Assembly (NCBI GenBank): GCA_965285935.1
Contig: OZ260662.1
Location: forward strand, 36,456,001-36,520,000
Length of the DNA stretch: 64,000 nucleotides
Origin: Ophelia neglecta
Lineage: Eukaryota
Direction: 5' to 3'
The notes beneath the pieces are model-generated. The model made no database searches. It saw nothing but the letters and a program-made list of their open reading frames with translations, and had not been told where the DNA came from. Shown here piece by piece: positions 13,871 through 26,896 of the stretch. How positions within the stretch are numbered: position 1 is the first letter of the stretch; each line of letters starts with the position of its first letter. Made by a program: the position numbers and the translations under genes.

Positions 13871-16800
13871 TTGAATTGTGGTTAAAATAAGTAAAAATTG
13901 GTTAGGTGTACAACAGTTGACATAGCGCCACCTAGCGATAATATTGTGCAAATATGTATGACTCACCTAGAGCAGTTTAGGGTAGAAACTAGGTTAGCCA
14001 AAATTGTGTCCCTTAGCAAAATGTCCAAATTATGGAACTGTCACAGTTAATAAGGGAAACTCCCATGGCATTGTCGCATAGTGGTCATACCATGAAATGT
14101 GTGCAGAATCGTAATAATGTTAGATTTGTTGCAAGTTTAAAATTTAATTATCTTATACCGTAGTTAGAAAATTGAAGGATGAAAATTGTTGTGGAGTACA
14201 GAATCTTTTGCAGTTTAAATTCAATGATTTTTCTTTCAACAATTTTCAATACATTGACAGCATGCTTTAATTACACATGGGTGCTCATGCACTAATGGAG
14301 TAGTATAAGTATGAGGCTTCCTGCTATTGTTGATATATTGCAGGGCTCGTGGTTTAGATCACCGAAAACACAGAGCCTCCTACTTTAACTGACTTGTAAG
14401 CTGGGTGTGTATTTGTGGATATAATCCATGATCACAACAATAGAGTTATGCAATCAAAAGTTTTTAAATAGAGGGTCTGTATAGTCTGGTGTTATTGCTC
14501 ATAATTATGCAGTCATGCATATTAACTGGTGAAAGGGTAGGGTTCTGTGACAGCCATTGGCACTCTCACTGAACTACTTGCGGGCAGTGCTGTCACATGC
14601 AGGGGTTTGGGATCTTTTGGTTGACCGCTTGGTTGATGCAGCTTGCAAAGCTATGCATGTAAACTGTATGCTTTCATTTTAACTTACACTGGTTGAGAAA
14701 AATACCGTCAGACACATCAAATAAACAGTTTATAAGAGAGTTGCCAAAAATAGTAGGGATTCTTTAGCTTTTACTAGATAAAGTTGTTCTTGCTGTGTGA
14801 ATGTTAGGTTTTTGCACATTATGTACAATTATACATGCTAGTTTGACCAGACCAGGAGGAGGCAGAGGTAGGGCTTAATATCCTTTTTTTGACTCAATTT
14901 GTACCCCTTTCAAAATAAGATAAAAGAGGTGATTGTTCAAGGTAGAAACAAAGTTCATGTTTTACAAAAGTTGATACAATATGTTGTGGCCTGATCATCC
15001 TGGTAAGAGGTTGTAAAGTATGTGACAAGGACCCTGAAAAGAAATAATTACATCCATTTCACAATCCTTCATTTATTATAAAAGAACTTTATAGCAGATT
15101 GGTTACTTAAAATGTGTCCTAAGTATGGGGAAGACATGTGAATTTGTCATCTCACTGTCTTTTGTCTTCATTGTACTGCATTGCCACCCAGAGCAAATAT
15201 AAAGGAGAAACAGCATAAGGTTCTAATGTGTTTCTCTCTTCCACTTTTATTAGAGTTACAGCAATATTCCTCGAAATTTGACACCAGCGGAGAGTGAAAT
15301 TGGCTCCGGATTCTATAAAACCTGGACTGATAGCACCCTTGCAACCTATTGCCTATTGTACATGTTATGCTTGCAAATGGCAATGTAAGCCAGCTGCTGT
15401 GGCAGAAAAGACTGACTAAAGGGTGGGCTCTGGGTGAGCTATTTGATTGACCAGAGGTCCCTGTTCAATGACATGTCATTCAGTAAGACCAGAGCAATAG
15501 GGGAATTGCCTGCTCATCATTTTAAAAGTATACACTGTATATAGGCTGGGTGCAAAAGCATTGCATTGGAAACCAAACTAAATCATCTTAATGTCTGGTG
15601 CCTTACACATGGACCTACATAGATAAATCAATTCTATTGAATATTCATTTTCATCTTTCCCCAGCACTGCTTCCCAAAGTTTTTATTTCCAGATTGAAAC
15701 TTTCCATGACAACTTGCATCACAAGGGTCAGGTAAATGCATTGTGCTCAATTTGGTCCAGGCTCTTGTTCTCCCTTTGTGGTTTTATTGCTTGAAAATAG
15801 AATCTCTTTTTTTGTTCTCAACATGGAGTTTGTTGACATATGGCCTTTGAAGAATTGCCTTTCACTTGTAACTTCAGTGTCCACGTGTATTGAGCCATTT
15901 TCTGTCGCAATAAATCTAGTTGGCATTGTTAAATATTGTTATACTTCTTGACACTTGATAAAAGATCAAATAAATCAGGAGGCCTGAGTGTGCAGTGCCA
16001 TGTGATTTTGAATTCTGGTGGTTGTGCGGGGGACTAGGGGCAGAACCATTTTAAGGCTGAGTCATTGACCCTGTATACTCCTAAACAAGTAGGTTAATGT
16101 TGGCTAAAACCTCCTTTAGAGTGATGTCCTTCTCATTGGTAGTGGTTAACACTCCACTACCTGAAACAGGAGACCTGGTTTTCATCAGTTAGATTATAGG
16201 TTTGGAGACATACAATGTACCTGCTCCTAGCCGTCTGCCTTCTAATATTGCATGACAGCTATTGTAATATCAGATAACAGACATCTTGCCGAAGCTTAAT
16301 CCATTCTTACAAATATCTACAAGGTCTTTTCCGATCTTCAATGGGCAGAGTATTAATGTGAGAACTGAAAAATATTAAAGTCTGAGAGCAATTTCCATGC
16401 TTATTGGAATGGACTAGAAAGTTCTAGAGCTGTACAGGGATGTGAAGTACTAATCAGAATTTTGTTAAATAGTGATATACTAAGTAAATTTGTTTAGTGT
16501 CCCATTTGCATTAACAAATCAGAAGCAGTTAATAAGGTGCTTGGCTCAATTTCCAGCATAATTATGGAGATGCTTTTTTCACACCCTCATTCCTTAACAA
16601 CTGAACCACACAGATGTGCATGCAACTGCTTTCATTCTTTTTCTCTTGGCACATTCCTGCAAGGAACAAGGAATGAAAATAAACCACGCCTGAATGAATT
16701 CTTTAAGGAATAGCTTTACAATATATGTGATATCGATAAACTTAATACTCAACATTGGTTTTTGAGTAATTGGACTGAGTTTAATTGATATTTCAGGCTA

Positions 16801-17004
16801 ATTTCGTGCAATGAATAGGAAATGAATACCAGTAGCAGATTCAACAAACAAACAGAACATGTATTCATTTTTTGTGATAAAAAGTGCATGTAGCATGAAA
16901 GAAAGAAACAGTTTTTAACTCAGGGTGTGAGAAGCACACTTTTTTTGGCAAACAGATATGTAATAGTACGAGTTCTGGCAGTACATGCACATGTGTGATG
17001 AGTG

Positions 17005-17222
17005 TTTACCATTTAATTTTACAGGTACATGCGAGATGCACCATGGACATGTACCATGTAATTCTACATGAACATGTGTCACCACCATGAATTGTTTAAT
17101 TTTACACGTACATGTGTCACGCAGCACATATCATAAAATTATACATGTACTTGCATGACGCAGTATGTACCATGTAAATTTAACATGTACAGGTGTGACG
17201 CAGCATGCACCATGTAATTTTT
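17005..17222. repeat. Degenerate ~38-45-bp minisatellite, about 5-6 copies
   Basis: Recurring unit similar to TACCATGTAATTTTACATGTACATGTGTGACGCAGCATG at about 17007, 17052, 17090, 17128, 17167 and 17207. Confidence 0.7.
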
Positions 17223-18748
17223 TTGCGTGGTATTCACATGAGATGTCTTGTGAGTACCACACTGGCTGATTGGTTATGTAATCTCTACATGTATGTCAGT
17301 CCCACTGCAGTCAATTGGCTGAGGGACATGAATGGCTGTTTTTAGTCTGTTGGATTGCGTAGGTCTACTTGCCGCTGACATGCATCATGTTTGAAGGTGA
17401 CATGCATGTACTGTGTAACCCAGGGAATGTTTATAAGAACAAAAGTCCGCATTTTCAGTTTAAACATAATTTGCGTCGGAAATGTTTGCAGATACTACTT
17501 TTAAGTGACTTCAAATGGAAAACTGTCTATAATGATTATCATTCACATGGGAGATGTTTACAAATTTTCTGGCAGTACTGAAAATTGCGAAACTATCCTG
17601 TTTGTAAACAGTTTCCTGGGTGACATTACACTGTATTTGTTCTGAATGAAGTCAGTGAATTCTGCAACGCAAAAACAATATGCATGACATAGAATTCATT
17701 GGTTTTAATGTATCGGATGCAGTAACAAATAAAGGACCCAGCCCCACCCTTGGGGCATTCCGGCTCTGAATGTGAGACACTTGGGACATTTCTTTCACCT
17801 TTGTTTTCTTTGTATTACCAAACCGCATAGCAAACTTGGTGAATTATAGGTACAGTATATGTATATATCAACAGATGGCTATTTGGCCTGTTAGCTTTTC
17901 CACATAATTATCGTATTTACTAGGAACAAAATAACAGGTCTGTCAAACTAAATTTTCCCTAGGTTTAATAATTCCTGGTATTTAAAGTGACAAGCTGGTC
18001 TAAATCACTGCTATATCATAGTAGACTGCTTTAAACTCAATATGTGAAAATAACAATTTAATTTTCTGGGAAAATGTGGAATATTTGTCAGCATTTGGGC
18101 GTTAGTTGCATGTTGAGACAGAAAATGATACATATTATGATGGTCTGGTATCCAAGATATCACATTGCCCAAAATGACCACTGTTTAAAGAAAGGTCAGA
18201 AATATATTGGGGATTGTGTGATGGGGTTACATTAAATCAGGAGCAATGTACATTGTACATGGGTACCATGTAACAGTGGAAGAGATAAATAGTAGCTCAA
18301 TTGGTAAGTAGAGTATGATGGGTCCCAACATTGCAAGCATTTTGGACCAAATTAGTCCATGTAAGTACAGTAAGATGGATCCCAACTTGACAGGTATTTT
18401 GGACCAGAATAACCTAAGGGAACCACATTTTTCCTTTTTGAAAGTTTGGGGGTATTAAATGCAGTCCCTCAAATACATTAAAAGCCTACCAGTTTCCCAT
18501 TGGGGCTCATAAATAACACAAAATGAAAATTCTTTCTCTGTGTTTTCTCTGTGTTTCTTCTCCATGTTAAGTCTATAGTTAAATGATTTCATGATATCAC
18601 TGTTGTCGCCACCTCTCGTGCACTAGCTAGGGAGGTCACCTGCTTATAAACATGATACATTAGGAAATGTCAAAATGCACAAGATTTGGGCTAGCATTTC
18701 TTGCTAAGGTTTAAGAAAAAAAGAAACTATTTGAGGGGGGTGCGTCCA

Positions 18749-18950
18749 TAGGGTTTAGGGGGTGGGTTGGAATTTATAGCTGGTTTGGGTTAGGAATAGG
18801 GGTTGGGTTAGGTTTGGTTTAGGGTTGTCCTTAAAGGAAGGGATTTTGGGCCAAATTTTCCATGGTTAGGGCCAAGGCTTAACAATTAGGTTTGGTCCTT
18901 GGTTAGGTTTAGCTTGTGTTTTAGGGTTAGGGTAAGGGGTCAGGGTATGG
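18749..18950 (+). repeat. Degenerate telomere-like (TTAGGG/TTAGG/TTTGGG) interstitial tract
   Basis: Repeated GGGTTAGG, GGTTTAGGG and GGTTAGG units, and TTAGGGTTAGGG at 18921-18932. Confidence 0.65.
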
Positions 18951-21900
18951 TAGTTTTCAGGTTTTTTTGCGAATCCTGGCCTAGTGGTGTCCCCTGCTCA
19001 TCCTGCACATGCCATATGACATTATCATACTTCAAGACCAATGACAGGCAGGCATATTTTTGCAATTTGACACCACATTCACAGCTTATTTGGTTGAAAT
19101 AAACAGTTGGTTTATATGGTTTTTCTGTCTATATCTCTGTCCCAAGGGGATAACATTTTTGGGGCCATTATTGGCTTCTTAGGTAACTATTTGTTTTTTT
19201 TTCGTGGGTCTGTCCTCCTTAACCTCTTCCATTAATGTGACTCAGGGCTATTTTAAAGAAGTATTGTTGAATGAGTAGCTTTCAATGCACTTGTACTTGT
19301 ACATGTACATGCAGTACATATTGTCTGATGCATTTATGTTTATACAACGAAAGTTAATAGTAAATGTTATTTACTGAATCCCATTACCTAGTTCCTACAA
19401 GTTCCTCTACAGATATGAATCAAGTTTATTCTAAATTTAAATACAATAATGTTACCCAGGTAACATGTGGGTTATCATGCAGTGAAACATGTGGTTTGCT
19501 TAATACTGTTTCCCACAAACAGAAAGCTGTTTCCAAGTTAATCACATTAATGTTGTTTATTTGGTTTAAGGGACCTATCAGCCATCGTGGTCTTGTCTTC
19601 ATTAATTTATATTTTGTTTATTTGCATTTCATGTTTGTTATTTGCCTTCCTTTTTTCTTATTTCGTTGCTCATTTTAATAAGTACCCTTTGTAAATAAGC
19701 ATATACACATAAGTTTATTAATCTGAATTGATTTAAATTTAATTGCAAATTCAGGCTGCTAAAGCAATTTACTGACATAGTAGGGCTAAACATTGTTTTC
19801 CTGGAACCTGGAATATGGACAGTCATTACATCTTTCTGTTCTGGTGCCCAAGTTCTGTGAGTTAGTATTTTTCATTGCATGGAACTACCAAGATCACCCA
19901 CCATATGAACTAAACATGATAGTCAGGACCGCGCCATGATGTGAACATGGGGTGCCTTGAAGATAACGGTGACCTGAGTTACCTGTGGTGTTTAACAGGG
20001 TTTTGCCTGAAGTAGCATAGCTGGAAGGATGATCATTTAAATGCTAAAGCATCTATCCCTTTGTTGTTGGCTTGCCTGTTACTGCTGTACTTTAACAACT
20101 AAACTTTCAAAATGATCTGCAAATTTATAGGGAACAAGCCATTGCTGGTCCTTCATTTTTGGAAGAAAACCTTCGGTGTAAAAATGGATGTAGTTATTTT
20201 TGTTTTTCCTAAAACTTCATAAACTCCCAGTGTTTTTTGGAAAACATGGTTTTAGCCTATTTTCTGTGCTAAAAATGTGTTTTACTCATAACAACCTCTA
20301 ACATTTTTTCCTTGAACAGTTTAAGTTTTAAAAAAATAGTATAGGACACTATACATGCAGTTTTAGTTCTTAAATTTGATATTTATCTAATTTTTCAAGG
20401 ATAATGTGGCAGATTGACAAAAATGTTTACTATCCCTCACATGGATTGGATGCATATTATTCAAACCAATTTGTTCGCAATATAATTGGGGTCCACTAAA
20501 CCTCTATCAGGAGTATATATATATCAATACCAGTATTAAGCCCATATTATACACAGCAAGGGAGGGTCAAGGGGGTGTAAACTATAGATTAAAGGCGTAA
20601 TTATAATAAAAGGAAGAACAAAATTTCAAGTTTTTTCTCGGATCCACTTTTCTGTGCTTTCTTTCTTGTGCCTTTTTAATGGGCAGTGGATTTTGCCTTT
20701 TTAACATCACATTTTTATAAAGGGTATAGAGCATTGAAAGCATCACACTTGGGCTACAGATTTTGTTCATATGCCAATGAATATTTAAATTCCATGCTGT
20801 AAATTTATATTCAGCACAGCGGCAAAGGTAAACATTCATTTTCACGTACTTGTATACACGATCGGAGCCAGCACTCATGCTATGGATTATTAGACCATGC
20901 TGCACGATTTATAATGTCACATGGTATGGCTGTTTTTTCCAGCAATTTATGTGATAGCAACAGATACATGAATGTTTTGTCAGAGACACCAACCTTGGTT
21001 AGGCATGGAACTGTGTCCATGTCATATCCTACACACTCTTGCCCTGGCTGAACTCCCGAGTGCCAGCAGAATACTTTCTCTAACCCTTTGTGTATTTGGA
21101 TGTCGATTTTTTCCAACCTTGAAAAAAAATCAGCAAACACATGGAAGTGAATTCAGTCCAACCAGCTGATAAAAAGTGTAATATAAACATTGCTTGTGTG
21201 TTGCTGACTGTGCTTGGTGTATGCCTGCCTTAAGGGGGAAGGTTGGTGGTTTGCACAGCACATTTGATGGTGAAGTGCAGCGTTTTGGTGTGTGATGGAG
21301 AATGGATGGCCATGCCCATGTGATTATACAGCTTTCACGTAATATGTGAGGGGTACAGTAAGGTGAGGTATCCACCATTACCCAGCCAATCTCAATGATG
21401 GGCTCTGCCAGCAGGCTGGCCCAAAATCTCGCCTTCTCTAGCACTGCCTCTTCTGGTTGGCTACAGAACACTCTAGCTCTTAGTGATTTATGAACGCTCA
21501 TCATGAATTCTAGTGCACTGCAAAAACTAGTGGGGTATGGGCAGAGCTTTTTAATGTAAGATATGTGGGTGGACTAGTATCAGGGTATATTTTTTGTGTA
21601 TTGGCTACCAATGTCTGTATTATCATTTCCTGTGGACAGGGTAACCGTGTGGATTGACTGATTACCTCAGCTGTTTGAGGTACAGGCATTTGTGGTAGTG
21701 TTTTGATGAAGGACATTTGGCCTTCTGTGTGGACGAGACTCATGGCCATGCTTTGAGGGAGCTGCGGCTGTACTTATTGATGTGCACAGTGTGTGCAAGC
21801 CGGGCCAAGGTCAAATAACCAACGTGTTAGTTCAAAGTTCTCCGTACACTGACTCTGTCATATAGCCAGCTACACAACAATTGTACACTGTGTACGGTAA

Positions 21901-24309
21901 AATGGCTACAACGTAACATGGAGTAATTGTGTTAGAATGCAGGCCCTTCTTCACAATGATGCTGTGGACTTGGAAATGGAGGAATGGATTGCTGACCAGC
22001 AGGAGGACTGGCCAAGTGATCACTGTACGTATTTTCAAAATCTCTTGTCTTAAGATTTAAAACAAGCCGAAATATCTGGCAATAACATCGCCACGTGTTT
22101 GTTACAACGCACGCTGCATTTTTTATGCACAATCAGAAAAGGGGAGGTCTAGGTAAGAATGATGAAAGAGTGTTTACCTTTTTTCATATCCTAGGTGCAT
22201 TTTAATAATTCATGTCAAGTTTGCTTGCACTTGAGATCAAGTAATACTTCTTTATGTAGTTATTAAATGGTGTACAGTATGACACTAGTACAATCCGGAG
22301 TAGGGTGTATTTGGAAAATATTCTTATCTGCGTATGAATATTTGCCAAGCTGGTAAAAACAGAACTCTCTAAGATGACAGTAAGGATTTCTTACACTCCT
22401 TGAAATATTCTAAATGGGTGAAATGAAAAAATATGATTTAATTGTCCAAACTATTGCATGGTTTTTAAAATTATCACTGTCAGTCTGTTCATACATATAT
22501 ATTTATAAGTCATGAAAGCATAAAGCTATGGAGCTTCAGCAAGAAAAGGTCACTTTGAAAAATCGATGTGGATTTGATTGCAGATACCCACATGAAATCT
22601 GAGGCAAAAAATCATCTTTCAAATCTTGATGGTTGAGTTTGTGTATACATGTATAAAACTAATAACTGTCTGTGATAGGAGTGATTATGGTCTCTAAACT
22701 ACTGTTTATGATTGAAATGAAGCTGGAAGCCATAGCCTTACTCACATGAGGCTCAGGTTTCTGCCAGCACCAATGCATTTAAAGGCAGATGCATGGTGCC
22801 ATATGACTGCACAAGGATTTTATCCCTGAAATCATGTAGATTGAATTGTAATAAACAAAGTTACAAGTAAGGACATGGTAAAGAACAATGAGAAAGTTTA
22901 TTAAGTGGATTGCAAACCAGCATAATTAATACATGAAGGTCATTTTTATTTGGTTGTTACAGTGATAGTTGAAAAATTCATTGGAAGGAAAAAAATTGTA
23001 TTTTTAAACTCAAAGACATATGGGCAGGAATTATTTTATTTTGCTATTAAGTTTATCATGTGAAGAATCAAAGTTTAATTTATAGGTAACAATTTAAATC
23101 CTACAGTATGTAGACAATGGAGGATACTTTTCAGTGGACCAAAACCAGTTATATGGTAAACTCATCACAGGAATTGCCTTATCACCATAAAGGGCCCCAC
23201 CGTAAAACTACTAAATAGTCCTGGGTTCATAAATATGTCTAATTATTATTAATGTTACAACATATTGCTGCCCCATTTTGCTACTGTTTATTCTGATCAT
23301 GTTTTAGTCATTTATGTATTACTTATTGCAATTTACGACTTCATATGCATTTGCCCATCCGAGAGGCTGATGGCCTGAATGTCCTTAGGGGCAGTTCAAG
23401 GCCGCCTAGCTAGCCTGTGGACAAGATGCTATGCATGAATAAGTCTGAGGCAGAGCGTTGCTGAAAGAGTACCAGATACTCGTAAAAATGCAGGAAGGTG
23501 GCAGATTAAGTGTTGTATGGTTTGGAAGAGATTCTTCCAGTTTATCAGATAATGATACATGGATTAGGCATTGAAGGATGAACAATAGAAACCATGCATA
23601 TTAAAACCTGGCTGGGAAATAAAGGTTCTCATTCCAACTGGGGTCCAGCTGGGGCTCGTAGCAAGCAGTTGGGATGAGATCAATATAATAATAACATATT
23701 GGTAAAACATGCTGTTGTCATTTTATGTTTGATCCAGGGACACCTTCATTCAGTGTCATATCAGTATTTTTCTTTGTGACATTTGTGCACTAAGTAACAA
23801 TGCAGAAGATACAATTTGTCATCAGTTTTCTGTCTTGATAATTGCATACTTCAAAACAGTGATTTTTTATAAGAGCCAGTTGCTTAAAATGTTTTTTTTA
23901 CTAAGTAGCTGCCCATATCATACATTGAGCAGTTAACCCCATTGACCTGGGAAGAGGGGGTTGGATAGGAACAGCAGGATGGGGGAGGGGGGGGGGGGAA
24001 GCAGGGAGATGCATTGGGGGATGTGGTTGAATGGGAGAAAGCAGGGGTTAGATGTGTATGTAAATAGATTGTAAACTTCAATAAGACTGTTCAGGGAAGT
24101 GGTCGTTTAATTGACACAGCAGGGCATGTTCACAATTCTATAGCCTTTCTAATTTCATTTTTTCATGTAAATGTAGAACAATATGTATGTGCCAGCAGCA
24201 CAACAGAGGTATCTGTTGGCTAATTTCCTACAGCTGATGTTCTAGTGTAATGTCACCTCATTTTGTAATGATTTATTTAAGTTTTTTTTAGACTTCATAA
24301 ATATCAAGA

Positions 24310-24700
24310 TTGTAGGTCAAGGCATTGTTTATGTCTTGCAAAACCTATTTCTGGCCAATGTCTGTTAACTTAGTACAATAAAACCGGTTATATGAGAGTT
24401 GTTTAGGCAATTCATGGTTTCAGGGCTGTGAATTCAGTATGGAAACCGTGTACAAACACTAGTTTAAAATTCAGTGAATGTACTAGCTACCAGATACTGA
24501 ACTTAGCTGGGTGGTCAAGGCCGCCAGCGAGCCAGCCAGTGAGTATCGATTTCACAAAATGGCTGCTATTATTGCTACTAGCCTTGGTGGCTATCTGCTG
24601 GCTGATAAGGTGTCCTCGAGAGGCCATGTTAAGGTCAGTCAGGGCAGCAGACGGCTAGCCTCTCACTGGACACAATCATGATGGTCCAAGGTTAGTGGCC
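24310..24700. promoter_or_regulatory. Candidate intronic enhancer with clustered NR5A-type sites
   Basis: TCAAGGCCG (24515), TAGCCTTGG (24579), TTAAGGTCA (24629), CCAAGGTTA (24686), AGGTCAAGGCAT (24314) and a TGATAAG GATA motif (24603) in non-repetitive, GC-richer sequence. Confidence 0.4.
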
Positions 24701-26767
24701 TGCTGTGTATTGATGGACATCTGTGCAGTTAATGGTCCACCCCTGGCAAAATGTATACCGTATTTTCTGTATAGAGCACCCAGGGCTTTAGAACCAGAGA
24801 TGTGCTGCTATTGATTAGGCAGTTTTTTTGATACCTTGGTTTTAAAAACTGCCAATATGTTGTATATTTGGTCTGATTAAAAAATAACAATACAATTTTT
24901 TTTTGGAAAATGTTCACAGTCCAGGGAATTATAAAATAATCATACATGTACTGGTACTGATAATAATTAAAACTATGTTGATGTTACAAGATAATACTTA
25001 CTTGGAGTACACAATGACATCACATGATTGTCAGATTTGGTATGTAGGCCCAAAGATGAATGTAATGCTTGAATACTCTTATTATATGTCATTCATAGAG
25101 TCTGAAATCCATATTATAATTGAGAAGGGTAAATTTGCTGATGAAATAAGAAAATGTGGAAGGAGTGAATTGTAAAGATGGTAAAACACCCTTGGGCCAA
25201 AGGAATAAAAATGTGTTGTCAGCTTTGTGGAGGTAGAAAAAACATTGTACTACTTCCACAGCCATTCACTGCAAGAAAATGAGCATGACATGACAATGAC
25301 ATCTTAACTCCCTTAATAGTTGCCTACCTATTTTGGTTCCTTGAGCCCCAGCATAAATACATGTATGATTGATCTGTTTATAATATATTGGCTTCTGACA
25401 TATAGTGTATACTGTCAATTCATAGAATTACAAAAACATGTACAATCATTTACTGTATTCCTTTTTGGCTATGTATTCAAGTATAGTCACCCATAACTTG
25501 TGAACATGTTTAATAAAATGTACTTGCACTCATACACTCACTCATGGTATTACATGTCTATATAAAATAAAGCTTGGTGATGTAAACCATTATTCACTAT
25601 GCAGGCGTATGTGGGGGCGTGCATGCTGAAGGGACAGATTGCACTGGCAGCTCTAACCCGTATCAGCTGCATCAAAGAAGAATTACAATTTTTATCATTT
25701 TGCCAAAACATTGTTTTTAACTCATTAAGATAGTGCACAATTAATTTCGAAGCTTTAGGTTGATTAATGGCATATCTTAAGAAAGCTGATTACATTCCGA
25801 TTAGGATGGTGATCAATGATTTATTTTTTTCTGACCAAATGTAAACAGGAAGTGGGGATAAAGCCACTATTTGGTTTGTTTGCCCTTTTTATCATTTAGT
25901 CACAAGTTTGACCTATATCTGCCATTATTATATTGTGTGATGCCTGAACAACGGTTGCTGTAGTGACCATGATTGATCATTTAATGCAATATGATACCTA
26001 AAAAAATATTTCTTTGCATAAAAGTACATGAATCCATTGCCATGGGGACAGGTGACTCATCCTCAATTGCATATTATGACTACATATTATGATCACCTAA
26101 AACCGTCTTTGTGATTTTATACTGATAATTCTGTGCCGCCAGAAAAACACAATTGGACCCTTTTAGCATTCACCCCCTCATGTTATTGAATTATAAGAGA
26201 ATTGCTAATAGGAGAAATTGGAAATTTATGAATTAAAGTACACAAACAAGCACATACCCTCAACCATATGTCTTTAACACACTTTTTGTCCGACACCTTT
26301 CGTTTAAAGAGAAAAACTGCTGGGAAATGCATTGGGCCTGGCTGCTCTCATGTAGGGCTGACACCCCCGCTGCCACCAGATTCTTATGTTTTGCGGTAAC
26401 TCAGCAATGCCTCAATGCACAGAAACCATTATTTGTGTGCTTGGAGCAGTTTAATTTTTCAGGAAACGTTCTAGGATCTTACTATTACTACTACTACTTA
26501 AGTTAAAAGATGTTTTTACCATGCAAGGCACCCCAGTGTTCAACAGCACCTATTAAATTTTTTGAGAAACAATTTTTGGGATGGGGGGGGGGGGAGGAGG
26601 GATAGTAATCATGGTAAATTGATTTCTTTCAAAATCAAAGGGTGTGAATTACATATTGACTATCCCTACAAATAGGTGGGGGCATGTTTTCTCAATGTTT
26701 TGTTCACTGGTAAGATGTAAACAGAGGCATATTATCAGGACCAGTAAATATGTTGATTTCCTTGCAG

Positions 26768-26896
26768 CCTCCACCTCCATGTCTGACTACCCTGGGTCCT
26801 CAGATGTAAAGATCGGTATAGACGAGCTGTGTCCTGTGTGTGGTGACAAGGTGTCCGGTTACCACTACGGCTTACAGACCTGTGAGAGCTGTAAAG
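26768..26896 (+). CDS. ftz-f1: NR5A/FTZ-F1 nuclear receptor exon encoding zinc finger 1 of the DNA-binding domain
   Basis: Acceptor ttccttgcag|CC. Translation (A)[42 protein letters not shown](G) matches the NR5A signature [26 protein letters not shown] with P-box ESCKG. Donor AAA G|gtaggc. Length 129 nt, phase 1-1. Confidence 0.97.

Noticed and set aside
20582-22132. Run of minus-strand ORFs as a nested gene or retroelement
   Set aside because: No recognisable RT, integrase or transposase motifs and no consistent exon structure. A tBLASTx search would be needed to exclude a decayed element.
24559-24633. MAAIIATSLGGYLLADKVSSRGHVK as an alternative coding first exon
   Set aside because: The candidate donors (AAG|gtgtcc, AAG|gtcagt) are phase 0, incompatible with the phase-1 acceptor of exon 2.
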